From Haplodiscus bocki (taxonomy: Eukaryota): a stretch of DNA of 64,000 nt. The DNA lies in contig OZ296648.1 of the NCBI GenBank assembly GCA_965655095.1, positions 84,258,001 to 84,322,000 of the forward strand. Direction: 5' to 3'. Shown piece after piece: positions 12,950-26,123 of this stretch (position 1 is its first letter; the number at the start of each line of letters is the position of its first letter). The notes beneath the pieces were generated by a model. It worked only from the letters and a program-made list of their open reading frames with translations. It searched no databases and was not told the DNA's origin. A program made the translations under genes and the position numbers.

Positions 12950-15110
12950 ACATTTAATGCAGTCTCCAAAGTTGTTTCTTGTTCATCTGCCAAGGGCAAT
13001 GAATTTTTCTGTATGCTTGATTTTTCCACGTCCAGGAACAACAGAATCTTTTTGCGCAAAATAAACCGCACCATAAAGGTGTTTCGCGGTGCTTGTGTTT
13101 ATGACGATCATAGATACAGACAAACAACATAAAAAGAACCATTGACCCCAAAACTGATTTCAGGCTCATGAAAAGGGAGTTCTTAATATACAATTAAGAA
13201 ACGAATTGCTTTGAAAGTGACGGAGGCAGTTAAATTTCAACTTATCGGTCGTGCTATTTCCTAGTTTTTCCAGGTCTCGAATTTTAGGACTGTCAAGTAG
13301 ATTGTCTGGGAATTCTTTCAGCAATGCGACACCAGCTGCCGATTTAGAGGAAAAGTAAGGCATATCATCTACTTCAGGAAGTTCACTATAGAGTTGCTTC
13401 AAGGGATCTGGGAAATTCACTTCATCTTTTATTTTTGGAAGGTGCTCACATGTACTAAGGTACTATTTAATTTTGATATGTGGGCCCACTAACGGTTTTC
13501 CGCATTCCTGTCTGATTCTACAAATTCGGCATCCAAAGTATTTATTAATTCCCGATGAAGTAGTTGAGGCTGTATCGGATTCAAATAGCGTATAAGCGGC
13601 AGTTGCTGACATTATAAGCCAAACTCCATATCTTAGGTTTACAGCTTCTTCAGTCACTGGAAGCGCAATTTGTTCGTTATCGCTTATCTGTAATGTTTTT
13701 ACGCTGCCTTCGAAGAAAAGTGTTGCTATAAAAGATCTATGTCCTGTTTCTGTTGCAATCATGTTTAGGCATATTTGATACCGGGGGGATCCGATATAAA
13801 GTGAGAGATCGTATTCCGTCAGGTAGCCTGTTTCCATGTTATCTTCCGATACTGCTAAATATGGCGCTTCTGAAATCCATTGCCAAGTCCGGTTCTCGGG
13901 TTGAGGCATAGGGACCGCTAATGATCGAAAAACTGTAGATGCAGTTTTTCATGCCAAAGGAAAAGCAATTCGCATTAATAGTCCTTGTTCGACAGTAATG
14001 ACATCTCATGAAAGTCTTGATTCGTAAAAGGTTATTATTTCTATCATGGGAGCTGCTAAACAAAGTCCATCTTTCCAGCGACTTTGTTCCACTGCGACAT
14101 TTTCCAGAATGGTCAGGAACGACTGTCTAGGATTGATCGACACTGGTACTCTATTATTGGGAAGCGGGTGAATTGAGTTCATCATAATTTTTCGGTACGT
14201 CTAAACTGCGTCTCGATAAATTTTTATATTTGCGAAAGCAATAGCAAGCAACGAAGAAAGAAGGTCATAATTGGAATTGATCTGCTGGCAAGAGAAAAGT
14301 GACTGATCATTATCTCTTCAGTCAAGAATATCATCTTGAAAAACTTTGAAGCGCTCTTCAATGAATTGCCAGTTACAGTTCTGAACTTCAAGCATCTCCT
14401 TTTGAACAGATTTGATTGCAGCAAGTTCGGACGTAACCATAAAAAAATGTCGTTTACTTCGTTTCTTGATTTAAAAACGTCTTCTGTGAAGGCTTCTGGG
14501 AACTCACCCAATTTTCGAAAATTTTCTGCATTGCTTTTGGATTTATCATAGCAAGAGCCTGAATAGCCTTCAATTCCACAGGATCCACGACTAACCGCGA
14601 TTCCGGATGCAATTAATCCGACTGATGCAAGCGCCATCATTGCAAAAAGCGCTGCCCTCGGTGGTCGATGAACATCCTGTGCTGCAGCTGTTGCATAATT
14701 CACAAAAGATGAAGTATAAATGCGAGGAGCGTCAAGCTCTGGCTCTGCAAGGGTAACTTCATTTTCAACTTGTTGTAGAAGCCAATCAACATCAAAGGTT
14801 GACTCGTTTTTCTAATAATTTCTCTAGTAATCTAAATGACACTGCCAGCCAAGGGAAGCCCAGAGCTTTCCAAGTTTTTCTATGTAGGCACCTAACTCCG
14901 CACATTAGTCAAGTTCAAACTTCGGAAAGGAGACCAGAAAGTCAACGTTGATGAATTTTTCAGCCAGTAAAAATTTTGTAACATGGTTGAAGCTGATGCT
15001 GTTTTCAAGTACTGCGCCTTGTGATTGTTGAGGAATGATATTCGAAGTACATTTTAATTGATATGCAAGAATTGTTGCAATGCACGTTAATAGCACTAAA
15101 AATGAAAAAC
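12950..15110 (-). pseudogene. env: Envelope-like (class I fusion, F-type) ORF, frameshifted
   Basis: Signal peptide LLTCIATILA (ORF 14905-15096). Cleavage site plus fusion peptide HRPPR/AALFAMMALASVGLIASGIAV (14224-14703), then a heptad-like region, a Cys-containing ectodomain GYLTEYDL..RYQIC..CRICRI..CGK (13463-13909), and a TM segment VLGSMVLFMLFVCIY (~13100-13170). Confidence 0.75.
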
Positions 15111-18100
15111 TTTTCTAAGCGTCCGAGAAAAAATATTCGGGGAGAAGATTATAAGGGAAGTAAAGTTGATCTAGTACTTTTTTTGTATTGATTTCTTTTT
15201 GCGTCTTTTCATTTTGAGGTACTTTGTGAGTTTTTCCTTTGTAATGGTACAGGTTTGTTCTGTGGTCACAGCAAAAAAAGCTGAGTTTTCAGTTTTCTCG
15301 AGAGTTTTCAATAGTGTCTAAAATAGGTTTCCAAAAAGTTATTGGCAACTTCATTTTTACCTGTTGTGAGGATAAAACTTGTGCGGATGACCACTGTGTT
15401 TCCCAAATGTTGCGAATGTGTACGCCTGGGGGTACGATGCCGGCGAAGAGTCGCCAAGAAATTGATTATTTTGGGTCATGTTGGCTTTACTATTCAATTT
15501 AATTGCCCGACGCTTTTTCATGAGACGACAGTTTTAGAATCAAAAGGGGGAAATCTGTTATGGACGCAACATCAAAACCAACATTGAAAAAAATGATACC
15601 GAATGTGTGTATTTGTTAGTTGCTCAAGTGCTTCAGCGTAGAATTCAAGTGAATGTAGTTTTTGTTTGCATGATCTTTAGGCATAATTGGAAACATTTGA
15701 AAGATCACGATCCCAATGGTTACTGATTTTCAGAGTAGTGATGGTTATCAAACACCTTATTTTGCAACATCGTTACTGGTTAGCTGCTATTTTTGTGTTC
15801 TTCTTAAAAAGAGCTTGTATTATGGAAACGCGATGTGATGAATTGGATTTTATTATCAATTGGGAAGATAGTTTACAGGAAAAAAATTGATTGCAATGTG
15901 CTCGCAGGCAGTGCCAGCTATTGATGGATCCAAATGTGCTACTTGGGACTTTGCTACTGAAATGAAATCTTGTGGCCTTAGTTTATTCGTGCAAAGAGAT
16001 TGAGAGAAACAACCACTTGTCAATAGGGATCAATCTCTATCCACCATGCACGCTGGAAAGTTTAAAAATGTATCGAGTGTATCAACTGGAGTGAGATTAA
16101 TATTAAATACTCGTATAATTTGAAGAAAACGGGGCTAATAATGCATGCAAGGGCCTATATCTAGTTTTGATACAAAAATTAGAGAGAAATCGCATGGTCT
16201 TTTAATTTGGACGGATTAGTGGAATACAAGGTTCCGAATGCTGTCATGTTCACAAAAATATATGGTATTTGCTCTTTTGGCCTTTGGTTTACTGCTGGTC
16301 TTATTGATAAACGCGTAGACGACAGCATTACCAGTGTTCCGGTCGGGAGAGAACTAATGCTTTTTGCTAAACGTGAGAGAGTGTCTCGCCGTTTTGAGGC
16401 TTTGATTACCTCGTGGACCGCTATTGCGGACTGCTTGTTCAAACCACCTTCCAAGTTGATGAAAAGTAAGGTTAAATTTGTCAAATCATCTCCTGGTGCC
16501 CTATAGATCCAACCTGCATTAAATGCTCGAACTGCTGTGGCTCTGGGAAAAGGGTCTGCTCTTGTAAATGGACTTTAGGGTAGGGATGAATGTGATATAA
16601 CACAGTGGAGGCATTTTTTAAATTAAAATTCCAATGTGTGTGGGAGGTGAAATGAAGATGTTGCCGCTGAAAAAATTCAGGAGCAAGTTTTCGAGTTCAA
16701 GCACCATAAAACGAAAACAGCCCTATCGAACACTTGGAATGCTTCCAGTATTATTAAGGAAGTTCCACCTCCTCAACTACAGCAAGAGATGTAAAACTCC
16801 CGGAGCGAAAACGGAGAATGCTCTTCCTTTTTCGTGTGAGGGCAAAATATAATGAAAAAACTGCTCTCAAGGACAAGTTACGGAATTTATTTTACCTCCA
16901 GAAAGATCAATAGTTTTTATTCAGTGATAAACGAGGTTTTTTCCATAGTCCAATTGGTCAACTGGGAGGCTTCTGTCAAAAAACAATATCAACCTGTAAG
17001 TACTAAGTTAGGAAGTGACATGGCGCTCAGTGTTCGAAAACTAAAGCTGTTTATCACTGTTACAATATCTGGTTCTTCTTGTGCACAATCATCTGTCTTC
17101 AGCCAGACAGCACCTCATGTAAAAAACAGGTCAAGAGGGATCAAAGTTTTCAAGAAAACGGAGTAGTCCCGTAAGTAATTCAAGATAGATAGAATTCACC
17201 GGTTAGTATTCTGTATTTTTGTAGGTTAGAATGCAAGGTAAACTGGGACGATGTTTCAAGATGCTTGAAATTGATGCTAAGTAACTGCTACATCAATTTT
17301 CGTGCTGTATTTGACTCGAGTATACCAAAATCTCAATTCTCAGATAAAATCTCATTTCATAGGCCAATCAAAAATTGGAAATTGGTCTCGCTGAGTGTGT
17401 ATTAACCGTAATTTTGGGAAGAGTACCTTGGTTTCAAGGAAAAAATCATTTGGAACAATGGTGTCGCGGGCGGTTTTTGAATTTCGTTCAAAAAGTTGAG
17501 CAAAAAGGCTGAATTTTTTTTCTAGTGGATATCGTCCACGTTGTATCGAATAAGTCACAGGTTACCTAACAATGGGACTTCTACAAGTCTTTTCAGCTGT
17601 CCGCAAACCAAGTTCTAACCTGGGCGCTTTTATTTGAAGGTATAGGTCTTAGAAACGTTGAGAGCATAAAAAGGAGAAGAGAACGAAGCTGTATGATCAA
17701 GCACTTCGCTTTTAGAAAACTACGTTGTCCAAATCTATATCAAGTTAGTATTTTCGTGAAGGTCGAGGCTAAAAATTGAGAAGTATTCACTATGAAGTGT
17801 GCAAACAGTGGTTAGTCATGGCGTCTTGGCCCTATAGTCTCCACCGACACTTGCAAATATAATGCTTCTAGATCATCCAACGCTTAATCAATCGCGACAT
17901 CTAGCAGGGATGCCCACTCAGCCGTCTTTGGTTAGAAGTAGAGATCATCCAGGGTCAGTTATCTTCTTCCCAGTAGCTGATTGTAACAATCTGTGGAGGA
18001 TCACGAAAATGGGTCCAGATATCGTGAAGGCGTATGTTGTCGTAAAAGTCACACAGATTCGCCGGAAGCCATAGTTTCCTAAACAAATGGTTCACTGTTG

Positions 18101-19847
18101 AAGGATTTGCAATAGCGTCTGTAGAACTTCTCGGAAGGGAAATTGGGTTTGAGATTCGTTTAAATGAGGAGTGTACGACTTTAGTATGAAAGCGTTTTGT
18201 GTTATGCTGAGTTGCTGCATTTTATATTGATTTTTTGATCAAACAAAATTGGAGTAAACTCAAGTGTCAGTTCACAGACAATGAAAAACAGGTTTCGCGC
18301 CTGTAGCTGATCCACCTCGAAAAGCCATTGTCTAAATTGTTCTATATAGTCGTTATCAGCAAATTGACTTGCAGAAGCTATCAGCTCTGTCCAATTGAAG
18401 ATTTCTATTATTTCATGGATCAAAATTTGATGCTGATAACGCTGACTATACAGCACAAGTCTTGGAGGCTCCAAAAAAGTTCAGTCAAAATGTTTGATGC
18501 TAATGCCATTGCAAATTTCACAGGCCAAAACCAGATGCGCGTAAGGCCACTATAAGTTATTCAACTTTGCATCTGATTTTGAGCGTCAGTTAAATGCATT
18601 TGTGGAGTAGATGAGTAGATGTCCATTTGAGTGATTGGTGATAAGAATCTCAATTGGCTACTTTGCCATACTACTGGCGCCAAGGAACTGATAAGATAAA
18701 CAAAAATGTCAATCTTTTGACAACAGTTCAGAATTCGGTGTGTCACTTTTATTTGGGTTACCAAGGGGGCAGATTTTGCATCAACCCTTCAAAAACTAAT
18801 TTGCGAGCAGTGCAAAAATGGAATAATCTTCTGCTTGTCTCTTCGGCATTATTGTAATGTACAGCAATTATCAAAATTTCATTCAATGGATTCCTGTGCC
18901 ATTTTCTTACAGAAAAGTTTACCCGCATTCCACTGTTTCCAATTTTGAGGATTATATCAATCAATACTTATTTTCATTCGAGTTTGTCTGATCCACACCC
19001 AATTGCGGTAAGTTATTTTCTGTTATTCCGAGTTCTAGCATTTGGTGTTAGCAAAATAATGTCAATATAATTTTAAATCTGATTGAATAGAAAATTAGAT
19101 GAATGGACATGAGAAGAGGATGGCAGTTTACCTCTATTTGATCGAACGGGGTAACAGTTTTTCAAAATCGACTTTCACAGTGTTCGCGTTGAATTAGGAG
19201 CTGATGATGTTGTTGAAGTTTTTGTGCTGTTGTGGATGCGACATTTCATAACATAGTTCTCTTTGTATCCACTGACGGTGGAATCGTAGCTTGCTGCTCA
19301 AGATAAGCATAATAACCCTCTTTCGTCAAGTCATGACGCGATGGAAGTCCGCGATGATAATCATATCGAACAAATCGAATTATCGGCGATCAAAATGGGG
19401 TTAATTAGGCACCGCTAATTTTTTTCCGTATCGAAGATGTTCGACTAGTTGCTTTGATATCAGAGGATTCTGTTCTGGTCATTGATATTTCTTGGTTTAT
19501 GTTTGGTTTGGGAGACACACCGTGCTCAAGGTTGTCATGATGTACCTGTACTGGAGCCACAGGTTTATATTAGCTCGTGGAAAAGCTGATTTTCAACTTT
19601 CGGCGGAGCTGGTTCAGGTGCGAGTTGTAGCGTGTGTTGATGCTCCTCTAGCACTGCATTTTGTTCTTCGAGGTGTAATTCATCTCCAGGTTCGGCTGGA
19701 ACAAAGGCTATACTTCCAATCAGCTTAATTCACCTCGTTTTCCTTCAAAACTGGTTTTTCAATGTAAGGGTCAAAACTTTCATCCTCTCGTAGTTAGGTC
19801 TTCCAAAGCGTCGTCGAACAATTCATGCTCCAACCTATTTTTTCTCC

Positions 19848-21010
19848 TCAACTAGGGTCTGGTTTAAAGTCATCTATAGTTAAGTGCATGTCCTCAACTT
19901 GATAAGTAGGTGTACTAGGTCGTAAACGGACTCGATGAACATTATGCGTGTACGGCGTACCAACTATCCTAATCAAGTTTTGAAATTTATTATTGTTTTC
20001 TCCACTTTGTATAAAGGAAACCAAATGGTATTTGATTTTGCAGCAAAACCACTCTGTGTAAGTAAGGATGGAATCAACCATAAGCAAGATTGATGTTGCA
20101 TTAAAGGTTTTACCGCTGCTCTTTTGTTATAATAGCTACGATATTTGTAATGCGCATCCAATAGTCTATTTTGTACGTGCAAATTGTTCCAATAATGAAA
20201 AATGCCAAACGACTAAATAGTCAGACTTTAGTTCTTTTTGAGCTAATAAATGGCCTCTAAAGCGTAGTTCAATTGGTTTATTGGGTTCACATCCATAGAA
20301 CAATGAGCGAGGATTACATCCAACTGCAGAATGGTCAGACGTGTTATGGATAAATGTTGCTAAGTCAACATATCGATACCACGTTGTCCATTTTTCAACA
20401 GTGTTCAGTTTCAGAAATCGTTCCAAAGCTCCATGTGATCTTTCAACAACTCTAATTGTTTGAGGGTGTTTTTTTGAAGAATGTTCGGGTTTTATTTCGA
20501 GAAGTTTTGATATTTCACGGATGATTTCAACGACAACTGGTACCTAAGTCAGATAGGGTTTTGGTAGAAAAGTAACTGTGTTAAAGTATATTGAAACTGA
20601 AGCTTTTGCAACTGTACCTGCATGTGCTGATATTAACGGAACTGCGAATAGATAATTTGAGAAAGCGTATATTCTTGATAACGCATTTTTGTAAATTGGT
20701 GAGTGGAAAAGTCCATTTAGGTCTATTTCCTTCATGTCACCCGGAAAAAATTCTTCCAATGAAATTGGTTGGAGTCGTGGTTGCAATTATTTATGACTCT
20801 TTTAGGAGTTGAGCCAGAAAGACAAATTTTGATGGTCAGCCAAGTATTCGGAAAAACCAGGAAAATAGAATCGTTCGCGAAATTCTTTCGCTGTTCCAAC
20901 AATACCAAGAGGTCTTCCGGAGGGAGAATTATGTATTCTGTAAATGACTTCTCGCAAATGTTCTGGGACACAAACTTGTGAGTGTGATATTTTTCCAAAA
21001 CTTTCAAAAA
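19848..21010 (-). pseudogene. Gypsy integrase (zinc-binding region, core and C-terminal), disrupted
   Basis: PRLQPISL..PGDMKEIDL..YLFAVPL; WYRYVDLATFIHNTSDHSAVGCNP..LFYG; VHRVRLRP. Confidence 0.85.
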
Positions 21011-21243
21011 ATTTGTTGCATTAAACTCCCTTTTTGTCTGTGTAGTCGCATCAAATGTTTAGGATAGTTTTTCAGTTCAAACGAAGCATAGATTCTGTCA
21101 CCAGTACATCCATTTTCAATCCCATCCAATACTGTTCTAATAACTGGATATTTTCCTGTTCATTTCGGAGATTTAGCGGTTTAGCGTTAGTAGTTGAAGT
21201 TTCAAAGTAATTCACTGGATCAAATTGTTGAATTGAATTGACT

Positions 21244-22950
21244 TCAGGTGCCTGTTGTCAGAACATCTGAAATGGTATCTTTTGATGTATATGCCAAAAG
21301 ACCATTCAAATGAGGAATTGGGCTTTGTAGGGCCTGACTTGAGTTGATGATATTTATAATATTTTCTGATAAGACGTGAGGCTGAGGTCCAACTTGTTCT
21401 GGTTGCTCAGGTTCTATTGCTAACATCGATTCATCAGGTGTTTTTGCTTTCATGTCCATGTCAATTTCTTCCATTGGGATGTATTTGTGGAGTTTTAGTT
21501 CCAAGCTTTGAGTTGGATCGGTTTGCATTGTTGATAGGAAATCTGATGCGGCAACTGCTCGACCAGAAATGTGTGCAATAACTATATCGTAGGCAATGAT
21601 TCTGTCCAGGAAATTCCACAAGGCTGGATGAAGTGATTTTCATTGAAAAAACTCAAGCTATTGTTGTCTGTCGAGACTATCACTGGTTTTTCAGCGCTCC
21701 GGATGAAAAGAACGGAGTACTCTAATGCAAAGTATAGTGCTAGGAATTCTTTGCAATACGTGGACATTTTCAATTGACTTGTATTAATTAATTGTGATCC
21801 GTAGGTTACAGGTGCGTAGGCTTTCTTCCTTCCGTCCATTTGTTCTAAGTAGTCTTCAATGAATAGAATTCCGCTACTAAAAAAAAACTTGCGTCACAAC
21901 TGCTCACTGTTGTTTTGGTTTTGCTAAACGTCAGGTCGTTTCGGTTGCTTTGAGCAAATCTTTCTTTATGTTGTCGAAACTTTTCAAAGGTTCATCTAAA
22001 AAAATTCAACAACTTTTCTCGGTAATTTAAATCAAAGCATCAAGTTTTGCGCAAGATTAGGAAGAATTGGCCGAAAAAATAACGTGAAGCCAACTAACTT
22101 TTACACTTGCTTCACAGTGGTTGGAAGTTTTGTCGCATTCAGAAACTTCTGAATTTTATTCTCTGGTTAGAGTAATTTCCATAAAATCGTGTCACCAAGA
22201 AAACTTATCGAAGGCATTCCAAAATCACATTTATGAGATGTCAATCCTAGTTCTGATGTCGTAAGGCAATCAAAGATTTGTCTCAGTGTGGGTACCATTT
22301 GTTCAAATGTCTCCACTCCACATCCGAAAGCGTCCATAAATTGTTTACATAAGTTTGCTGCTAGATAGGAATCTAGATAATGACAAATGAGCTCAATCCT
22401 GTCAATGATTTGTTCCATCCTTGCGCTCATCTGGTGTAGGAGTATTTTCGTGAGGCAAAGTTAAACGAAAGTAGTTCCATTGATAAGGGGTCTGTCATTT
22501 GTACTCAGTGATCAGCTTGACAGTCATCTAACTTTGTAAACATAGTCTTTTCCGCGAAGTGATAAACGGCGTCTGTCATGTCAGATATCGGAAGTTATTG
22601 TTACTGAAATCTTTCCGAAGCTGAATACTTCGTCTAAGATCAATGAAACTTCTTCCCTGATGACTCGCAATGAGCAAATAAGGAGCTACTCCTTTTAGAA
22701 TGTGGTAGGAATATCACGATACCATAATATTGCATTAGGGCAAGATCAACTAAGATTTCATCTCTCAAATGAATTGGTGTTGCCGGACTTTGAACATAAA
22801 CAGGAAAATCATGCACAGAAATTAATTTGACTTTCAAAACAAGAATAAAGCCAACATCAAATCTATGTTTTGCAAAAAGATCACAGTTTTCAACTAATAA
22901 ATCTGGCATTTCTTGAATCTGTTCTGCTGTCAGGACAGACCGTGACCAGT
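21244..22950 (-). pseudogene. Gypsy reverse transcriptase and RNase H, disrupted
   Basis: DLFAKHRFDVG..PIHLRDEILVDLALMQYYG; FASRKYSYTR*AQG; CKQFMDA (FMDD-derived); RNase H APVTYGS..MSTYCKEFLALYFAL..TDN; AHISG..ASDFLS. Confidence 0.9.
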
Positions 22951-23599
22951 CGAAATGTTTTAAACATGTTGCTCGATCGCCTGATTTCTTTTGAGGATTT
23001 TAAGTATCTTTTTTGTAACTCTGTAACGTTATCATAAATTTTTCTCTGTAAACTTGGCAAAATTTCAACATTCGGACCGGTTTCCTTCGTTGGAAACCAT
23101 ATGTTGTCGGAATCGGGTGGTGGACGATTCGATTGGTTTTGTCCATGCACTTTTCCTGTACTCCAAATTTGATTTTTCCTGGCGAGAATTTCTCCATTTT
23201 TCATTTTGTCCAAAGCTAAAATGTTTGGACTAATTTGAATCAATTCCTCTTCATCTTGCGGTGAAGGAAATTGGAAAACCGCAATTTGTTTGTTTATCGT
23301 AATCGTTACATTTTTCATTTATATTTATTGCAATAACTGATAAATTGCTGTCTTCGTTAACATTCACTACGACTGACTGGAGCTTTAGGTCTGCGCATTC
23401 TTCAACTTTCCATCTGAAATTATAATTCCTGTGTGACCTTCCAGCTTTTTTGGAGCAAAGTTTTGCCTGAAGAAATTCTTGTTGCTCAGGTTTGATTAGA
23501 TTTTTTTGTAGTAGACAGACAGGATATTTCAGTTCTGGAATTTTCTTCCTCCCTTGACTAGGACTTTTGATTTCATTTAATTGATACTTCATATTAAAG

Positions 23600-23920
23600 G
23601 AGTTCAAGTAAGTTCACTCCAAGACTTATCTCAATTTTATCTTTTAAAGAATAGGTTGCCTAAAACAACACTATTCATTGTATGAAAAATTAGAAAAACG
23701 TCGTTGGATTGATGCTCGATAAGTTTGAATTGGACATACACTAGTTCTAAGACTTTTACTGTACGTCCTGATGCTACTTTCACATTTGAAAGTGATGCTT
23801 GTTGTAATTCTCAAATTGAGTTTGTGCTTTGTTTTCAATTTTTCGGAGAAAATCTGCTTGCATCGCATTTGCACATGCTCCAGTATCAATGAGTGTTTTT
23901 CGGCGAATATCGTTTCCAAA
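23600..23920 (-). pseudogene. Retropepsin aspartic protease, disrupted
   Basis: LIDTGACAN at ~23870-23893 (alternative frame), VKVASG flap and VVLGN C-terminal motif. Confidence 0.8.
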
Positions 23921-24129
23921 TTTGAATGGACTATACATCAAATTTTCTTCAGCTGAAATAAAAAAATCAAGTGCGTTTGAAAATTTCCTGACAGTGACAC
24001 TTCCGTCAATGGATCTGTGAATAAAGTGTTAAAATCTAAAACGCAGACTCCATTTTCAAAAGGTAAGTTGTCAAAATTAGGTTCATGCATGTGTGAGTTT
24101 TGGAAGTTAATGGAACTGGCTAATGTGTG

Positions 24130-25117
24130 TGGCTTCAAGTAGTTTTTGGTTGAAGTTGAACGGAATCTGTCCACCTCGAGCTATTTCTCTCCTTTATTTC
24201 GCAATTGCGTGCTGTATGGTTTGGATAAATATACGTGTAGGAGACTTTTTGAAAAAATGCGGTGGTTTCGATGTGTCCGTCAAAATTTCCAGAATTTAAT
24301 GTTGTGTCATCATTTGATCAAATTTGTCTGAAGCTATCGTTGCTATAGTTGTAATTACTATTATAATCGATTGAATTTTGTCGACGATAAATTCCTTTAT
24401 ATTTATATCTCTTCCACGATCATTCGTTATGGTTAGTTCCATACCTGCCGCCATTATAGCCTCTACAGTTCTTTCCTCTTGTTGTACCTACCTCGATAAT
24501 TACCTCTACCTCTCTCGTTCTGATAATTGTTCTGGTAGTTTTGTCCCAAAGTGCCTGGTGATTTTTGGGTATTAAATTTTTCTGTCAGAGCATTCGGTTT
24601 CGTTTCTAATGAGGTTTGATTTTCTGACATTTTGGTTTTAACGTGCAAAATTTTCTCCGTAATTTCATACTTCATTTACTTGCTTCCATCTCGCAACCAG
24701 TCATCTACTGGACAGAGTTCTGTCAAAATCATTTTATCTTGCTTCCGTACACAGGTCTTGGATTGTGGCATTTTCTGGTTCTTCCAGAAGTTTAAGTCTG
24801 ATAAAATTTGGCATTGCCTTCTTGAATAGTCCAAGGACATGTCTGTTCCTTTCCATTGTCGCAAAAACTCTCCTATTCTGGTTTTCTTTATCAACTGTGT
24901 TGATCATTCGCTACATTTTCATTGAGTGGTTCTACAGGCAACCCCACAGATGGCGGATAAGCTTTCAATGGTAAATTTTGCAATGTTACCACAAAAACTA
25001 GTATGCGTTTATATTTGCCACGTCAACTAAGCTACGGAAAAGTGACTCAAAGTCTGTCCAATTTTCTGTTGAAGAACCTCCAAATTTTCGAATAGATACG
25101 AGTCAAGCTGCTGCCAT
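24130..25117 (-). pseudogene. gag: Gag relic with internal deletion
   Basis: ATG at 25117 (MAAA*LVSIRKFGGSSTENWTDFESLFR); FKKAMPNFIRLKLLE; N/R/G-rich linker; degenerate zinc knuckle YPNHTARNC. Confidence 0.7.
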
Positions 25118-25706
25118 CTGTGAATATCGCAGAAATTGACAATACTTTTCAAATTTCGACAATAAGCTTACCGAAAGCGTTCAATTTAATTAAAATTGGC
25201 AAAAGTCAGAATTTTGTGATGCCAAAAAATGAAGATTAGGAAATAAATTGAATAGGTAATGAGAGAAAATAACTACTTCTTCAATACCAAATCACTGCTT
25301 ACGCTTCGTAATAAAGGGTGATAGGCAATTGATGAATTCAGTTTTAGGAAACATTTTGTGCGCGTAAAATTTTACAGCTTCTCAGGATCCTAAGAAGAGT
25401 TTTCGTTGGACTTACAGGCTGCTAGTTTTTTAATCGTCACCGGTTGTAGTTCCTATGATAAAAAAGTCACGTCACTTGGAAGTATCCGAAAGTTCCGCTA
25501 ACTTAGAATAGCCTCTTTTCGTTTCGGGAGTCGTCCGGGATTATGAGAGTGTTCGTCTTGGAGACTGTGTTCTAGGCCTAGCCCTTCTTGTCGTCTTTTT
25601 CGCTGTTTGACAAGATCGTACTGCGTCTGTTTTGTTTTAGACCAACGTATCCAGGTGTATGCTCACAAGCTGCCGTTGTTCACAATGTTGGAAGTTTTCA
25701 TCCAGG

Positions 25707-25717
25707 AGCTGTCACCA
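25707..25717 (-). other. Primer-binding site (tRNA-Leu-like)
   Basis: TGGTGACAGCT lies directly after the 5' LTR and is complementary to a tRNA ending AGCTGTCACCA. The tRNA identity is inferred. Confidence 0.7.
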
Positions 25718-26123
25718 TCTAACATTAGCAACGTTCTTGTTATTTTAGAGTCAAAAATACTCTTAAGGCCAGAGCGGTTTTAGAAAGATGAATTTTCCCT
25801 TTAGCCTTTATGTTTCTAGGATGCGGGTTCAGCGAGTGGATTCCAACGAAGTTCTATTCAGCAGCTAAAACCAAAATTGGTTAGTTCGAGCAGTCAACTT
25901 TTTCATTCAGTATCTAATTTTGTAGTGGCACAAGTTAAAAATTATCTATTTAAATTCGAAAGGTTAAAGTTCATTAGTTAATCATATTTTGTTAAAAGAA
26001 AAATTGACATTAATATCTTTCTCAGGCATCCCTCTGGCGCCCAATTAAAATGTCACTTTTACTTAGGGCTCTTTCTGAAAGAAGTTTCTTGCTTCAGCTA
26101 TCATCGTAACATGGAATGTTACA
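25718..26123 (-). repeat. 5' LTR of Gypsy element (406 bp)
   Basis: Direct repeat of 11837-12256; followed by the PBS on the - strand. Confidence 0.93.

Larger units (their letters stand above)
11837..26123 (-). mobile_element. Full-length env-bearing Ty3/Gypsy LTR retrotransposon (14.3 kb, decayed)
   Basis: Paired LTRs, PBS and PPT. Flanks CATAC (11832-11836) and CATCC (26124-26128) form a 5-bp TSD with one mismatch. Internal order gag-PR-RT-RNaseH-IN (Gypsy order), then extra ORFs and env. Confidence 0.93.

Noticed and set aside
25221-25717. Longer 894-bp Gypsy LTR ending CA at 25230 with a TGGCATC PBS
   Set aside because: LTR-LTR similarity stops at 25718/11837, where a better PBS and the TSD sit.
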